Translations under genes and position numbers: made by a program | Assembly (NCBI GenBank): GCA_903889905.1 | Contig: CAISZI010000008.1 | Coordinates: forward strand, 40,766 to 104,765 | Source of the DNA: Candidatus Wirthbacteria bacterium | GTDB taxonomy: Bacteria > Patescibacteriota > CG2-30-54-11 | DNA length: 64,000 bases | Direction: 5' to 3' | Shown: in pieces, positions 9,208 to 16,813 of the stretch | Numbering within the stretch: position 1 is the stretch's first letter | How the letters are laid out: each line of letters begins with the position of its first letter | The notes under the pieces: generated by a model | What the model saw: only the letters and a program-made list of their open reading frames with translations | Told to the model about the DNA's origin: nothing | Databases searched by the model: none

Positions 9208-9627
9208 TTACGCCACAATCTTGATATCTTCGATCTCTACGCCCATTTGGATAGCGTCTTTCCAAGCAAGTGGCACAAAAGGAACTCTGAAATACTGACC
9301 ATAGCTCAAACTACCCTGTCTCAAATCAATCCCAATCGCCTCATCCCCACCATCCGAACCAATCAGCAGCATTCCCGGCACAGAGGCTTCGACTCGGTAA
9401 GCTTGATTCAGTTCAATAACCTCGGCCGCCTTCCAGATCACTACATAGCTGCCATTGGCGACCTGTCCTTCTAACCCGTTAGTTAACAGCAATAAACTCA
9501 AATAAGAATCAGGAAGTATCCCAGCGGCATACTTTTTGATCGGATCCAAATCTTGGTTAGTTGCCGGTGGATTGAGATGACATTTTTCAATAAACTTTTG
9601 CAAATTCTTGATCATAGGCCAAGCCAA
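9208..9627 (-). CDS. SMI1/KNR4 (SUKH-1) family protein, an immunity-protein-like family from polymorphic toxin systems
   Basis: 139 aa with ...LPDSYLSLLLLTNGLEG... and ...IGSDGGDEAIGIDL..., matching the SUKH-1 signature (LPxxYxxFLxxxNG ... GxDGxGxxxxxD). Confidence 0.6.
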   Translation of the reverse strand: MAWPMIKNLQKFIEKCHLNPPATNQDLDPIKKYAAGILPDSYLSLLLLTNGLEGQVANGSYVVIWKAAEVIELNQAYRVEASVPGMLLIGSDGGDEAIGIDLRQGSLSYGQYFRVPFVPLAWKDAIQMGVEIEDIKIVA

Positions 9628-9706
9628 CCATAAATGGACAACTCTTTACCGCCAAAGATTCAGTGTATAAAAAAAGGGACATATTTGGCGATATGTCCCT
9701 TCTGCA

Positions 9707-11527
9707 TTACATCTCGAGATAATCTTTCAGATTCTTGGCCGATAGCGGAAATCTCAATTTCTTCAGGGCCTTGGCTTCGATCTGGCGGATACGTTCGCGG
9801 GTGACACCAAACTGGACGCCCACTTCTTCCAGTGTCCGGGTACGGCCGTCTTCGAGGCCAAACCGCAGGATGAGGACACGTTTTTCACGCGGGGTCAGGA
9901 GGTCAAGCGCTTTCTGGATTTCTTCCTTGAGCAAAGTACGGGAAGCGGCTTCGGGCGGGCTGAGGCCATTGTCGTCTTCAATAAAGTCCATCAGCAGACT
10001 ATCGCCTTCTTCGCCGACGGGAGTTTCAAGCGAGATTGGTTCCTGGGAAATACGCAAAATTTCTTTGACTTTCTTGACCGGAAGTTCCATTTTTTCAGCA
10101 ATTTCATCGGGGGTTGGATCACGGCCTTTTTCCTGCAGCAGTTCGCGGGAGATACGGATCAGGCGGTTAATGGTTTCCACCATATGCACCGGAATACGAA
10201 TCGTACGGGCCTGGTCGGCAATGGCACGTGTGATCGCCTGACGAATCCACCACGTGGCATAGGTCGAAAACTTGAACCCGCGGCGATAGTCGAATTTTTC
10301 CACCGCACGCATGAGGCCGATATTCCCTTCCTGAATGAGGTCCAATAGGGAAAGCCCGCGGCCAATATATTTCTTGGCTACCGACACAACCAGACGCAGG
10401 TTGGCTTCGATCAGCCGTGTACGGCCGAGTTCATTGCCTTCTTCCAGCATTTTGGCGTATTTGACTTCTTCTTCGGGGGTTAAGAGGTCAACGCGGCCGA
10501 TTTCCTTGAGGTACACGCGGACCGGGTCGTCGACGCGCATCTCGTCAATTTCATGTTCAATGTTGACCGACATGCCTTCGCGGTCGTTGCCGCCAGGCAA
10601 ATTGTCCATCATCGACTTGTCACCCTCAACCACATCGATTTCGTTTTCGATAAAGCGTGCATACAACTCATCCAGTTTCTCAACATCATCTTCCGCCTGC
10701 GGAAAAAGATTGGCAATGTCTTCCTGTGTGACAAAGCCCTGCTCCTCCCCCAGCACCAGCAGGTTATGAATGGCTTCCTCATCGCTGATCACACCTGGTT
10801 CGGCTGTCGCGGCATGGTCATCGGTATCGTGATGGGCTTTGTCGATTTCCACATGTGGCGCAGGTCCAGCTTCCAGTGAAACCAGTTCTTCCTCAGGGGG
10901 TTCGGCCATTTCCAGTGGTGGCGACTCTTCTTCAGCCGCTTCCTCGCTCACCTCAACCGCAGGAGTATCATCAATTTCTACTTTAATGCGTTGCTTATTT
11001 TTGAGTTTCTCTGGTTTTTCTGCTTTGAACTGCAGTTTCTTTTTGGCGATCTCGGCTGCTTCGGTCTCTTGCTTGCTTAACGTTTTGGCTTTGACGGGTT
11101 TGACAGGTTTGGCAATTTTGGAAATTGGCAATTTGGTTTCCTTCCCAGGTTTAGTTGGCTTCGCTTTTTGATTAGGTTTAATTTTGGGGATGACTTTAAC
11201 TGGTTTTTTGACCACTTTCGACTTTTTTACCGGTTGGATTGCTTTGGCAGGTTTCACTTTTTTGACAACCGCTTTGCGCACAGGTTTGACGATTTTTTTG
11301 ACCGGTTTGGATGCCTTTTTTGGGGCTTTGGCAACTGCTTTGGCTTTGTGGGAAAGCACTTTTTTGACGACTTGTTTAGGCACCACTTTTTTGAGGTGTT
11401 TTGTCACTTTGGCTGGTTTGACCATTTTCTTGAGTGGTTTTGCCAATTTCTTGACCGGTTTGGCAACTTTTTTCACAGGTTTCTTAACCTTTTTCACCGT
11501 TTGACGAGACACAACTGGTTTGGGCAT
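9707..11527 (-). CDS. rpoD: RNA polymerase sigma-70 factor RpoD with a roughly 170-aa lysine/proline-rich histone-H1-like N-terminal extension
   Basis: C-terminal 330 aa are canonical sigma-70 regions 1.2 to 4 (...[27 protein letters not shown]..., ...[42 protein letters not shown]). N-terminus is [13 protein letters not shown]... repeats followed by an acidic segment. AGGAGG RBS overlaps the dnaG stop. Confidence 0.95.
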   Translation of the reverse strand: MPKPVVSRQTVKKVKKPVKKVAKPVKKLAKPLKKMVKPAKVTKHLKKVVPKQVVKKVLSHKAKAVAKAPKKASKPVKKIVKPVRKAVVKKVKPAKAIQPVKKSKVVKKPVKVIPKIKPNQKAKPTKPGKETKLPISKIAKPVKPVKAKTLSKQETEAAEIAKKKLQFKAEKPEKLKNKQRIKVEIDDTPAVEVSEEAAEEESPPLEMAEPPEEELVSLEAGPAPHVEIDKAHHDTDDHAATAEPGVISDEEAIHNLLVLGEEQGFVTQEDIANLFPQAEDDVEKLDELYARFIENEIDVVEGDKSMMDNLPGGNDREGMSVNIEHEIDEMRVDDPVRVYLKEIGRVDLLTPEEEVKYAKMLEEGNELGRTRLIEANLRLVVSVAKKYIGRGLSLLDLIQEGNIGLMRAVEKFDYRRGFKFSTYATWWIRQAITRAIADQARTIRIPVHMVETINRLIRISRELLQEKGRDPTPDEIAEKMELPVKKVKEILRISQEPISLETPVGEEGDSLLMDFIEDDNGLSPPEAASRTLLKEEIQKALDLLTPREKRVLILRFGLEDGRTRTLEEVGVQFGVTRERIRQIEAKALKKLRFPLSAKNLKDYLEM

Positions 11528-11539
11528 GAAAATGCCTCC

Positions 11540-12430
11540 TTAAATCCTATCCAATTCTAACTGCTCGCGCCTCACGGTGAGTTGTTGTTGCTCGTGTTGC
11601 AACGCCACGATCGTGGCTTCGTCATCCGCAATTTCGGCACGCGCGATATCTTTGGGAATTGCGGTCAGACGGTCTTTGATGTACCCATACTCGAGCCGAT
11701 CGTGGAGTTTTGCGAATACCACTTCGGGTGCAAAATCGAGTTGCAAGGGAACAAAGACGGCTTCCGCCAGAATTTTTTGTTCAGTAGTGCCAACGTTAGC
11801 ATAAAACGCCTCGAATTGGAAGGAATTCGCATCCTGCCGCATCAGCTCTTCCAGGATATGTCTAATCTCTGGACTGCTGATCCAATTGAGATTGAGCTGC
11901 GAGAGTGCTTTGATCAAAGTCGGATTTTGTACCACCAGTGTCATGAATTCTTTTTCGATGGCGGGCAATTTGGGGATGTCGCCTGTGTCAATATTGGCCA
12001 CGGGTCTGGCACGACTTGGGATGATTTTAAGCCGCTGTAACTCCACTTGCAACGTATCTTGAGACACCTTGAGCGCTTCCCCAAGCTGCTGCAAATAATG
12101 CATGCGGCTGACCTCTGACTCCAGCCGCGCGATCAGCGTCAAGGCTTCTTTGGCTGACTGCTGTTTGCCCAAACTTGAAGTCAAATCATGTGCGCTTAAA
12201 ATCGATTGCAGTCGATACGTCATCACCGGCACTGCCTTGGCTTTGGCATCCTGCCAGATTTTGATGTCTTGCTTGACAGCTTCGTCCGGGTCTTTGGCTC
12301 CAACGAGACGCACGACACGGGCGTCCATGCCATCGTTTTCGGCCAGTTCAAGCGCGTTCAGGGTTGCTTTGGCGCCAGCACTATCGGTGTCAAAGGCCAC
12401 CAGAAGTTTGGTGACAAAGCGTTTGGCCAG
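11540..12430 (-). CDS. dnaG: DNA primase DnaG, C-terminal fragment (rest of TOPRIM plus C-terminal domain), in frame with the upstream fragment across the TAG
   Basis: Straight after the TAG, the same frame reads LAKRFVTKLLVAFDTDSAGAKATLNALELA, the conserved TOPRIM DxD motif region (vvlcfDgDxAGxxA). ORF track begins this fragment at a GTG (12400) in the same frame. Confidence 0.8.
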   Translation of the reverse strand: MAKRFVTKLLVAFDTDSAGAKATLNALELAENDGMDARVVRLVGAKDPDEAVKQDIKIWQDAKAKAVPVMTYRLQSILSAHDLTSSLGKQQSAKEALTLIARLESEVSRMHYLQQLGEALKVSQDTLQVELQRLKIIPSRARPVANIDTGDIPKLPAIEKEFMTLVVQNPTLIKALSQLNLNWISSPEIRHILEELMRQDANSFQFEAFYANVGTTEQKILAEAVFVPLQLDFAPEVVFAKLHDRLEYGYIKDRLTAIPKDIARAEIADDEATIVALQHEQQQLTVRREQLELDRI

Positions 12431-13315
12431 CTACATTTGTTCAGATGTGAGAGCAGTCCCCAGCGGCGCCACCACGTTCTGCTCACCGGCCTGATGCAAT
12501 TGGATCACATCCAGATTGCCTTCGACCAGGATCAGTTCTTCGCTAAGTCTTGCCTGGTGTTTGGCAAAGTTGTAGGCATACAAAATCTGTCCTTTGTGGT
12601 AGATATCGCTGTCGGGCGAATTGATGTATTTGCCACCTTCAAATTCCTTTTTGAGCGTACGGCCGCTGAACCCCACCACCTTGTCCTGCGGGTCAAAAAT
12701 CGGGAACATCAAGCGGTCGCGGAAACGGTCGTAATAGCCATCCTGCCGGTCGGAACGGATGACCAGGCCAAGCTTTTCGGCAGTCGACAAAGTGTACCCT
12801 TTCTCGGCCAATGTCTTGACCACGGTGTCCCAGCGATCTGGCACATAACCAAGCCGAAATTGCTTCGCAATTGCCTCACCAATGCCGCGTTCCCGCAGGT
12901 AGGCACGCGCGGGTTCTCCCACGGGACTTTGCCACAGGAGGTATTCGTAAAGGCCAGCCACAAACGAATTCAAATCGGTAAACAACTCCCGTTCCTTGAT
13001 TTTGCCGGTCGAAGGTGCCTTGATGTCGTTGGTCAATGCCACGCCCGCCTGCCCCGCAAGCTGTTCGAGCGCTTCCCCGAATTCCAAACCCTCGATTTTC
13101 TGCACAAAGGCAAAAACATCGCCACTCTCGCCACAGCCAAAACATTTAAAAATGTTGAGCTCGGGATTGACCATGAACGACGGCGTTTTTTCGTTGTGGA
13201 ACGGGCACAGCGCGCGCAGATTGGTGCCGGCTTTTTTGAGTGTGACATAACGGCCGACCACATCGACGATGTTGAGCCGGTCCTTGATCTGTTCTATTTC
13301 GTTGCGGGTAGCCAT
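12431..13315 (-). CDS. dnaG: DNA primase DnaG, N-terminal fragment (zinc finger plus part of the RNA-polymerase/TOPRIM core), ended by an in-frame TAG
   Basis: CPFHNEKTPSFMV...FKCFGCGESGD (CHC2 zinc finger), then ...EGNLDVIQLHQAGEQNVVAPLGTALTSEQM ending in TAG at 12431-12433. Confidence 0.85.
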   Translation of the reverse strand: MATRNEIEQIKDRLNIVDVVGRYVTLKKAGTNLRALCPFHNEKTPSFMVNPELNIFKCFGCGESGDVFAFVQKIEGLEFGEALEQLAGQAGVALTNDIKAPSTGKIKERELFTDLNSFVAGLYEYLLWQSPVGEPARAYLRERGIGEAIAKQFRLGYVPDRWDTVVKTLAEKGYTLSTAEKLGLVIRSDRQDGYYDRFRDRLMFPIFDPQDKVVGFSGRTLKKEFEGGKYINSPDSDIYHKGQILYAYNFAKHQARLSEELILVEGNLDVIQLHQAGEQNVVAPLGTALTSEQM

Positions 13316-13429
13316 GGTTGCATGAAATCAGCGGTAAGGGGTATAATATAACTCTACAGAAGAGCGGCTACCAGTATAGCGTATTTGGGTCGCAATCTGT
13401 AGCAAATACCAAAACCAAAGGAGAAAACC

Positions 13430-13768
13430 ATGGAAAATCCCGAAGCGGCGCAGCAGGCCAATCTGGAACAGATGAAACAAAACCTGCTCGACAAACTCGA
13501 CAACTTCCTCGACCAGATGCTCCAGACCGCCGGTCTGATTGCCGAAACCGCCGTCGAAATCTTCAGCAACCTCGTCCCCAGCGTCATTCCGTGGCCGCCG
13601 TTCAATACCATCAAAAGCTTCCTCCCACAGATTCTACAGTTCCGGCAACATCACCCCTCTGCCCAGACTGCAAACCCACATATTCCGCATCCGTTCTCGT
13701 TCATCCACAAAGGCAAAGTTCGCCAAAATATCCCCCACCAATACCGTTTGCAACTCAAACTCAACTAA
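13430..13768 (+). CDS. hypothetical small protein
   Basis: 112 aa ORF with an AGGAGA RBS 7 nt upstream. Transcribed divergently from dnaG. No recognisable family. Confidence 0.5.
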   Translation: MENPEAAQQANLEQMKQNLLDKLDNFLDQMLQTAGLIAETAVEIFSNLVPSVIPWPPFNTIKSFLPQILQFRQHHPSAQTANPHIPHPFSFIHKGKVRQNIPHQYRLQLKLN

Positions 13769-13781
13769 CCGAGGAGGCCCC

Positions 13782-14162
13782 ATGCAACTGCCCGATGTCA
13801 GCAAAGTCGATTCCCAGGAATTGCTTGGTAACATTTTACAAACCGCCGACTTTGCCCAGCCTGACCAGAAACGCCTCATGGACAAGCTTGAATCCGCCAT
13901 TTATGTGCGCTCGCTCAAAACCCTGCTCGCGCTCCTCCCCGAAGAGCAGAAACGCAAGCTCGAGACCACCATGCACTTTCAGCCGCACTTTTTCCTCGAA
14001 CGCGTACTGAGCATTTTGCAGGCCTTTTCCACGCCCGAACAAATCGTCGAAATCCTCAACAAGTCCAGTGAAGAGACATTTTTGGAATTTTTTGACACTT
14101 TTTTGACTGAATGCTCGGAAGAACAGAAGAAGAAGATTAATGAGTATTTGAAGTCGGTATAA
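13782..14162 (+). CDS. hypothetical small acidic protein
   Basis: Inside the 13539..14162 ORF, MQLPDVSKVD... starts at 13782 and is preceded by a GAGGAGG RBS. 127 aa, predicted helical and acidic. Confidence 0.55.
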   Translation: MQLPDVSKVDSQELLGNILQTADFAQPDQKRLMDKLESAIYVRSLKTLLALLPEEQKRKLETTMHFQPHFFLERVLSILQAFSTPEQIVEILNKSSEETFLEFFDTFLTECSEEQKKKINEYLKSV

Positions 14163-14183
14163 TTCCTATCGTAAAAGATATTT

Positions 14184-14831
14184 ATGGATAACACCGATAA
14201 CTTTTTTGAAGCCATCCGGTCATCTTCTGAACTCCAGACTATCATTACATGCAACGCGATTTTTCAACGTATGCTGGATGTTGAAATTATCGAACAAATG
14301 GCTTCGAACCAGCCTTATTCAACACCAGATATAGAAGTTCAGCAGGACTACAGTGACGGACTCCAGGCCGAAGCTGCGGCAGCAAAGGCTAAATTGCTGC
14401 AACTTACGAACCTTGACCCCGACGCAGTCGATGGCATTGTTTTTCAGCTTGAAAGTGATGACAACGAAAAACGACAGGCTGTTTATGACCAGGAATTATT
14501 TGCCAAAGCACGCGATGTGGCAGTGCACGCGCAGCAACACAATGTGCGTCTCGATGATGTCTCCCGTACCACTGCTTCGCCTGATCTCACCAACGCCGAC
14601 AAATTACTGACAGCCTACAAGGTATGGATCGTTGCCATCGTGGATGCAGTAAATGCCAAAGACAGCTCACTGCAAGTGGACTTTAACTATGTCAAAGCAT
14701 TAATCGAGCAGGATTTGGATATCCGCGACAATCTAATTTTCGATCCCAAAAAAAATTGTCGGGTAACACTCGCCGAGCGCTACATGTCTCGTCAATCCAC
14801 TTCTTTGCAAAATCCGAAAAAGGTTTCGTAA
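14184..14831 (+). CDS. hypothetical acidic protein
   Basis: 215 aa ORF continuing the small-gene series on the same strand. A repeat-derived terminator hairpin follows at 14902-14941. Confidence 0.5.
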   Translation: MDNTDNFFEAIRSSSELQTIITCNAIFQRMLDVEIIEQMASNQPYSTPDIEVQQDYSDGLQAEAAAAKAKLLQLTNLDPDAVDGIVFQLESDDNEKRQAVYDQELFAKARDVAVHAQQHNVRLDDVSRTTASPDLTNADKLLTAYKVWIVAIVDAVNAKDSSLQVDFNYVKALIEQDLDIRDNLIFDPKKNCRVTLAERYMSRQSTSLQNPKKVS

Positions 14832-14854
14832 TCACCCCAGCTTCACTTCAATAT

Positions 14855-14941
14855 TCTCCCCATCTCCCCCCAATTCCTCCCCACCTCAACATCAACCTTA
14901 AGTGGAACGGACATGATAAATGCCTGTTCCACTCTTTTATT
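14855..14941 (+). repeat. copy 1 of a ~55-85-bp direct repeat derived from the polA 3' end and terminator (att-like)
   Basis: TTCTCCCCATCTCCCCCCAATTCCTCCCCACCTCAACATCAACCTTAAGTGGAAC..., about 90% identical to 16824-16906. Confidence 0.7.
14902..14941 (+). terminator. hairpin plus T-rich terminator after the 14184..14831 gene (copy 1 of the polA-3' repeat)
   Basis: GTGGAACGGACATGATAAATGCCTGTTCCACTCTTTTATT. Confidence 0.5.
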
Positions 14942-15335
14942 GCCACAATCTCATGAACTCGGCAGGCGGGACAATTTTTGTTCCCTTGAATTCAACCAAT
15001 TGCAACAAGTGGTGGTCGCCCGAGACAAGATAATCGGCTTTGGCCGCGAGGGCGCACTCCAAAAACCGGTTGTCACTTGGGTCTTCCGCAATGACCGAAA
15101 GTTGCGGTAAGTCAGCCAGCTGGCTGACGTTGGACGCCATTTCCAACGTTTCGATGATGAAACCAAGGTAATCCGGACTCACATGTTCTGCCAGAATGGC
15201 CCGATATTCAGCCATAATCGCCGCGGAAAGACACAGCTGAAACTTTCCCTCGAGCCAGAGATTAATGATTGCCTGCGCATGGCCACCAAAAAAGCTCGAG
15301 ATCACCACATTGGTGTCCAGCACTACCTTCCTCAT
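14937..15335 (-). CDS. vapC: PIN-domain toxin (VapC-like, PIN_3 family)
   Basis: MRKVVLDTNVVISSFF... (N-terminal acidic Asp) and ...DNRFLECALAAKADYLVSGDHHLL... (C-terminal Asp cluster). Overlaps the upstream antitoxin gene by 4 nt. Confidence 0.85.
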   Translation of the reverse strand: MRKVVLDTNVVISSFFGGHAQAIINLWLEGKFQLCLSAAIMAEYRAILAEHVSPDYLGFIIETLEMASNVSQLADLPQLSVIAEDPSDNRFLECALAAKADYLVSGDHHLLQLVEFKGTKIVPPAEFMRLWQ

Positions 15336-15661
15336 GGGGTGGCCTTCTGCTTCTGCCGGTATGCTTCAATCATCTGTGGTACGTCCGCTGCGGTCAGTCC
15401 CTTGAATCGCATCTCAGCGCCAGCGGCCGACCAAACCTGTTTGATGTCATCAATCTGCATTTGCCTGGCCAAGCCATTGGCGCCGGCATTGATGAAGGTG
15501 CGGCTGAGTTGCTCGGATCTAAAAAACCATTGTTTACCAAATTTATAAGCAGGGATCTGGTTGGTTTGTGCCTTGCGGATGATGGTTTGTACATTTTTCC
15601 ACGGCACAAAATCCAGTTCTGCCACTTGTTTGGCTGTCAAAAAACCTGAAGTCTTTTCCAT
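15332..15661 (-). CDS. helix-turn-helix (excisionase/HTH_17-type) DNA-binding protein, putative antitoxin partner of the PIN toxin
   Basis: ...LTAKQVAELDFVPWKNVQTIIRKAQTNQIPAYKFGKQWFFRSEQL... matches the MerR/excisionase-type HTH_17 pattern. Its 3' end overlaps the PIN gene start as ATGG. Confidence 0.75.
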   Translation of the reverse strand: MEKTSGFLTAKQVAELDFVPWKNVQTIIRKAQTNQIPAYKFGKQWFFRSEQLSRTFINAGANGLARQMQIDDIKQVWSAAGAEMRFKGLTAADVPQMIEAYRQKQKATP

Positions 15662-15740
15662 AGCTCGTCTCCCAGTAATGATAACTGACTGTATTTTATC
15701 ATACTTCTAGATACGACAAAACACTCAAAAATACTGAATA

Positions 15741-15792
15741 TTCCCCATCTGCCCCAATTCCTCCCCACCTCGACATCAACCTTAAGTGGAAC
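15741..15792 (+). repeat. copy 2 of the same repeat (truncated, lacks the distal hairpin arm)
   Basis: TTCCCCATCTGCCCCAATTCCTCCCCACCTCGACATCAACCTTAAGTGGAACG. Confidence 0.7.
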
Positions 15793-15851
15793 GAAAATTA
15801 TGCTTATTTATTTACCATTGTTATCAAAAATAATATAATACAACACAATAC

Positions 15852-15880
15852 TTGACATAATGTCATATTATACGTACAAT
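15852..15880 (+). promoter_or_regulatory. sigma70-like promoter TTGACA-N17-TACAAT. A TGACAT-A-ATGTCA inverted repeat overlaps the -35.
   Basis: TTGACA at 15852-15857, 17-nt spacer, TACAAT at 15875-15880. Sits in a stretch of about 25% GC, 33 nt upstream of the ATG at 15913. Confidence 0.55.
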
Positions 15881-15912
15881 AATACTCCTATTTTTAACAA
15901 ACAGGACACTAA

Positions 15913-16758
15913 ATGGCAACAACGTCAAAATCGACCACAGGAGATTTTCCCGATTCAATTGATCTAACCACAGCGACAGACAATATTGATAGAAATACCG
16001 CTGATCGTTTTAAGCTAGCGTGTAGCAAGGCCGGAGTCAAATTGTGTGAACTAACTACCCTGACTAAATACTTGGCCGCTAGATATGCCCCTCGCAATGG
16101 AACCGCCCAAGTTCCTAACACAACCAATATTGACAATACATTCGAGAATTTTCGGGGTGCTCCAAACACTCTATTGTTAGATGCGGTTGAGGGGGAAATT
16201 AAACTATTCATGGTATCCCTTGAACCGATGTATAAACAACTGATTGATAAATCTACTGATGATATCGAGCACGCGATTGGAAGGAATCACGTTGTTACCA
16301 GCGACGCTGTACTCGCAGCAATTGAATTATGGGGAACAGACGCCATGACGATTGAACCATGGAAGACTAATTTTGGACATCAACCTACTGAAACCAGTGG
16401 GCTAAATGCTCAAGCAGGCGAGGATACTAGTTGGAAAGATCCACTGGCTTCAGTCAGGCAATCAACGGGATTCGCAAATCGTGCAGCCCGTGCCCAGAAA
16501 GGACATAACCGCCGCAAACAGTATGACAAAGCAACTGAAAATGTTCCCGGTATTTTGGGTTTTATCAGGGATCCGGTGTGGGCTCGTGAAACGATTCTCA
16601 ACGCTAGAATTGATAAAAGTCCAGCAGCCAGGGATATTGTGTCGATTGCCTCAGCGACAACACTTCTAAGCATCAAAACTGACTTAGAGGCCATGCTGGA
16701 TGATCTGCGACACCAATTACCAATGGGTAAATTGCCCGAAACACCCACTCAGTCATAA
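15913..16758 (+). CDS. hypothetical protein (accessory, low-GC flank)
   Basis: 281 aa ORF behind a strong sigma70-like promoter in a 120-bp AT-rich stretch, and followed by a hairpin plus T-run terminator. No family recognised. Confidence 0.55.
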   Translation: MATTSKSTTGDFPDSIDLTTATDNIDRNTADRFKLACSKAGVKLCELTTLTKYLAARYAPRNGTAQVPNTTNIDNTFENFRGAPNTLLLDAVEGEIKLFMVSLEPMYKQLIDKSTDDIEHAIGRNHVVTSDAVLAAIELWGTDAMTIEPWKTNFGHQPTETSGLNAQAGEDTSWKDPLASVRQSTGFANRAARAQKGHNRRKQYDKATENVPGILGFIRDPVWARETILNARIDKSPAARDIVSIASATTLLSIKTDLEAMLDDLRHQLPMGKLPETPTQS

Positions 16759-16813
16759 ACAATCTCAGCTTCAGTCCACGCCGATAAACGAAAAAAATAC
16801 TGTTTGCATAAAA

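Noticed and set aside
9059-9298. Plus-strand ORF 9059..9298 (MAPRVGLEPTTLRLTAACSTIELPRNA...).
   Set aside because: Its N-terminus is the translated antisense of tRNA-Asn. The GLEPTTLRL motif is the classic tRNA-antisense artefact.
12431-12433. Genome-wide reassignment of UAG as a sense codon.
   Set aside because: TAG ends several well-defined genes (the 5317..5988 methyltransferase with an overlapping downstream start, the 3751 gene, giant gene 2). The long minus-strand ORFs are not peppered with in-frame TAGs. A single instance fits an error, a mutation or local suppression better.
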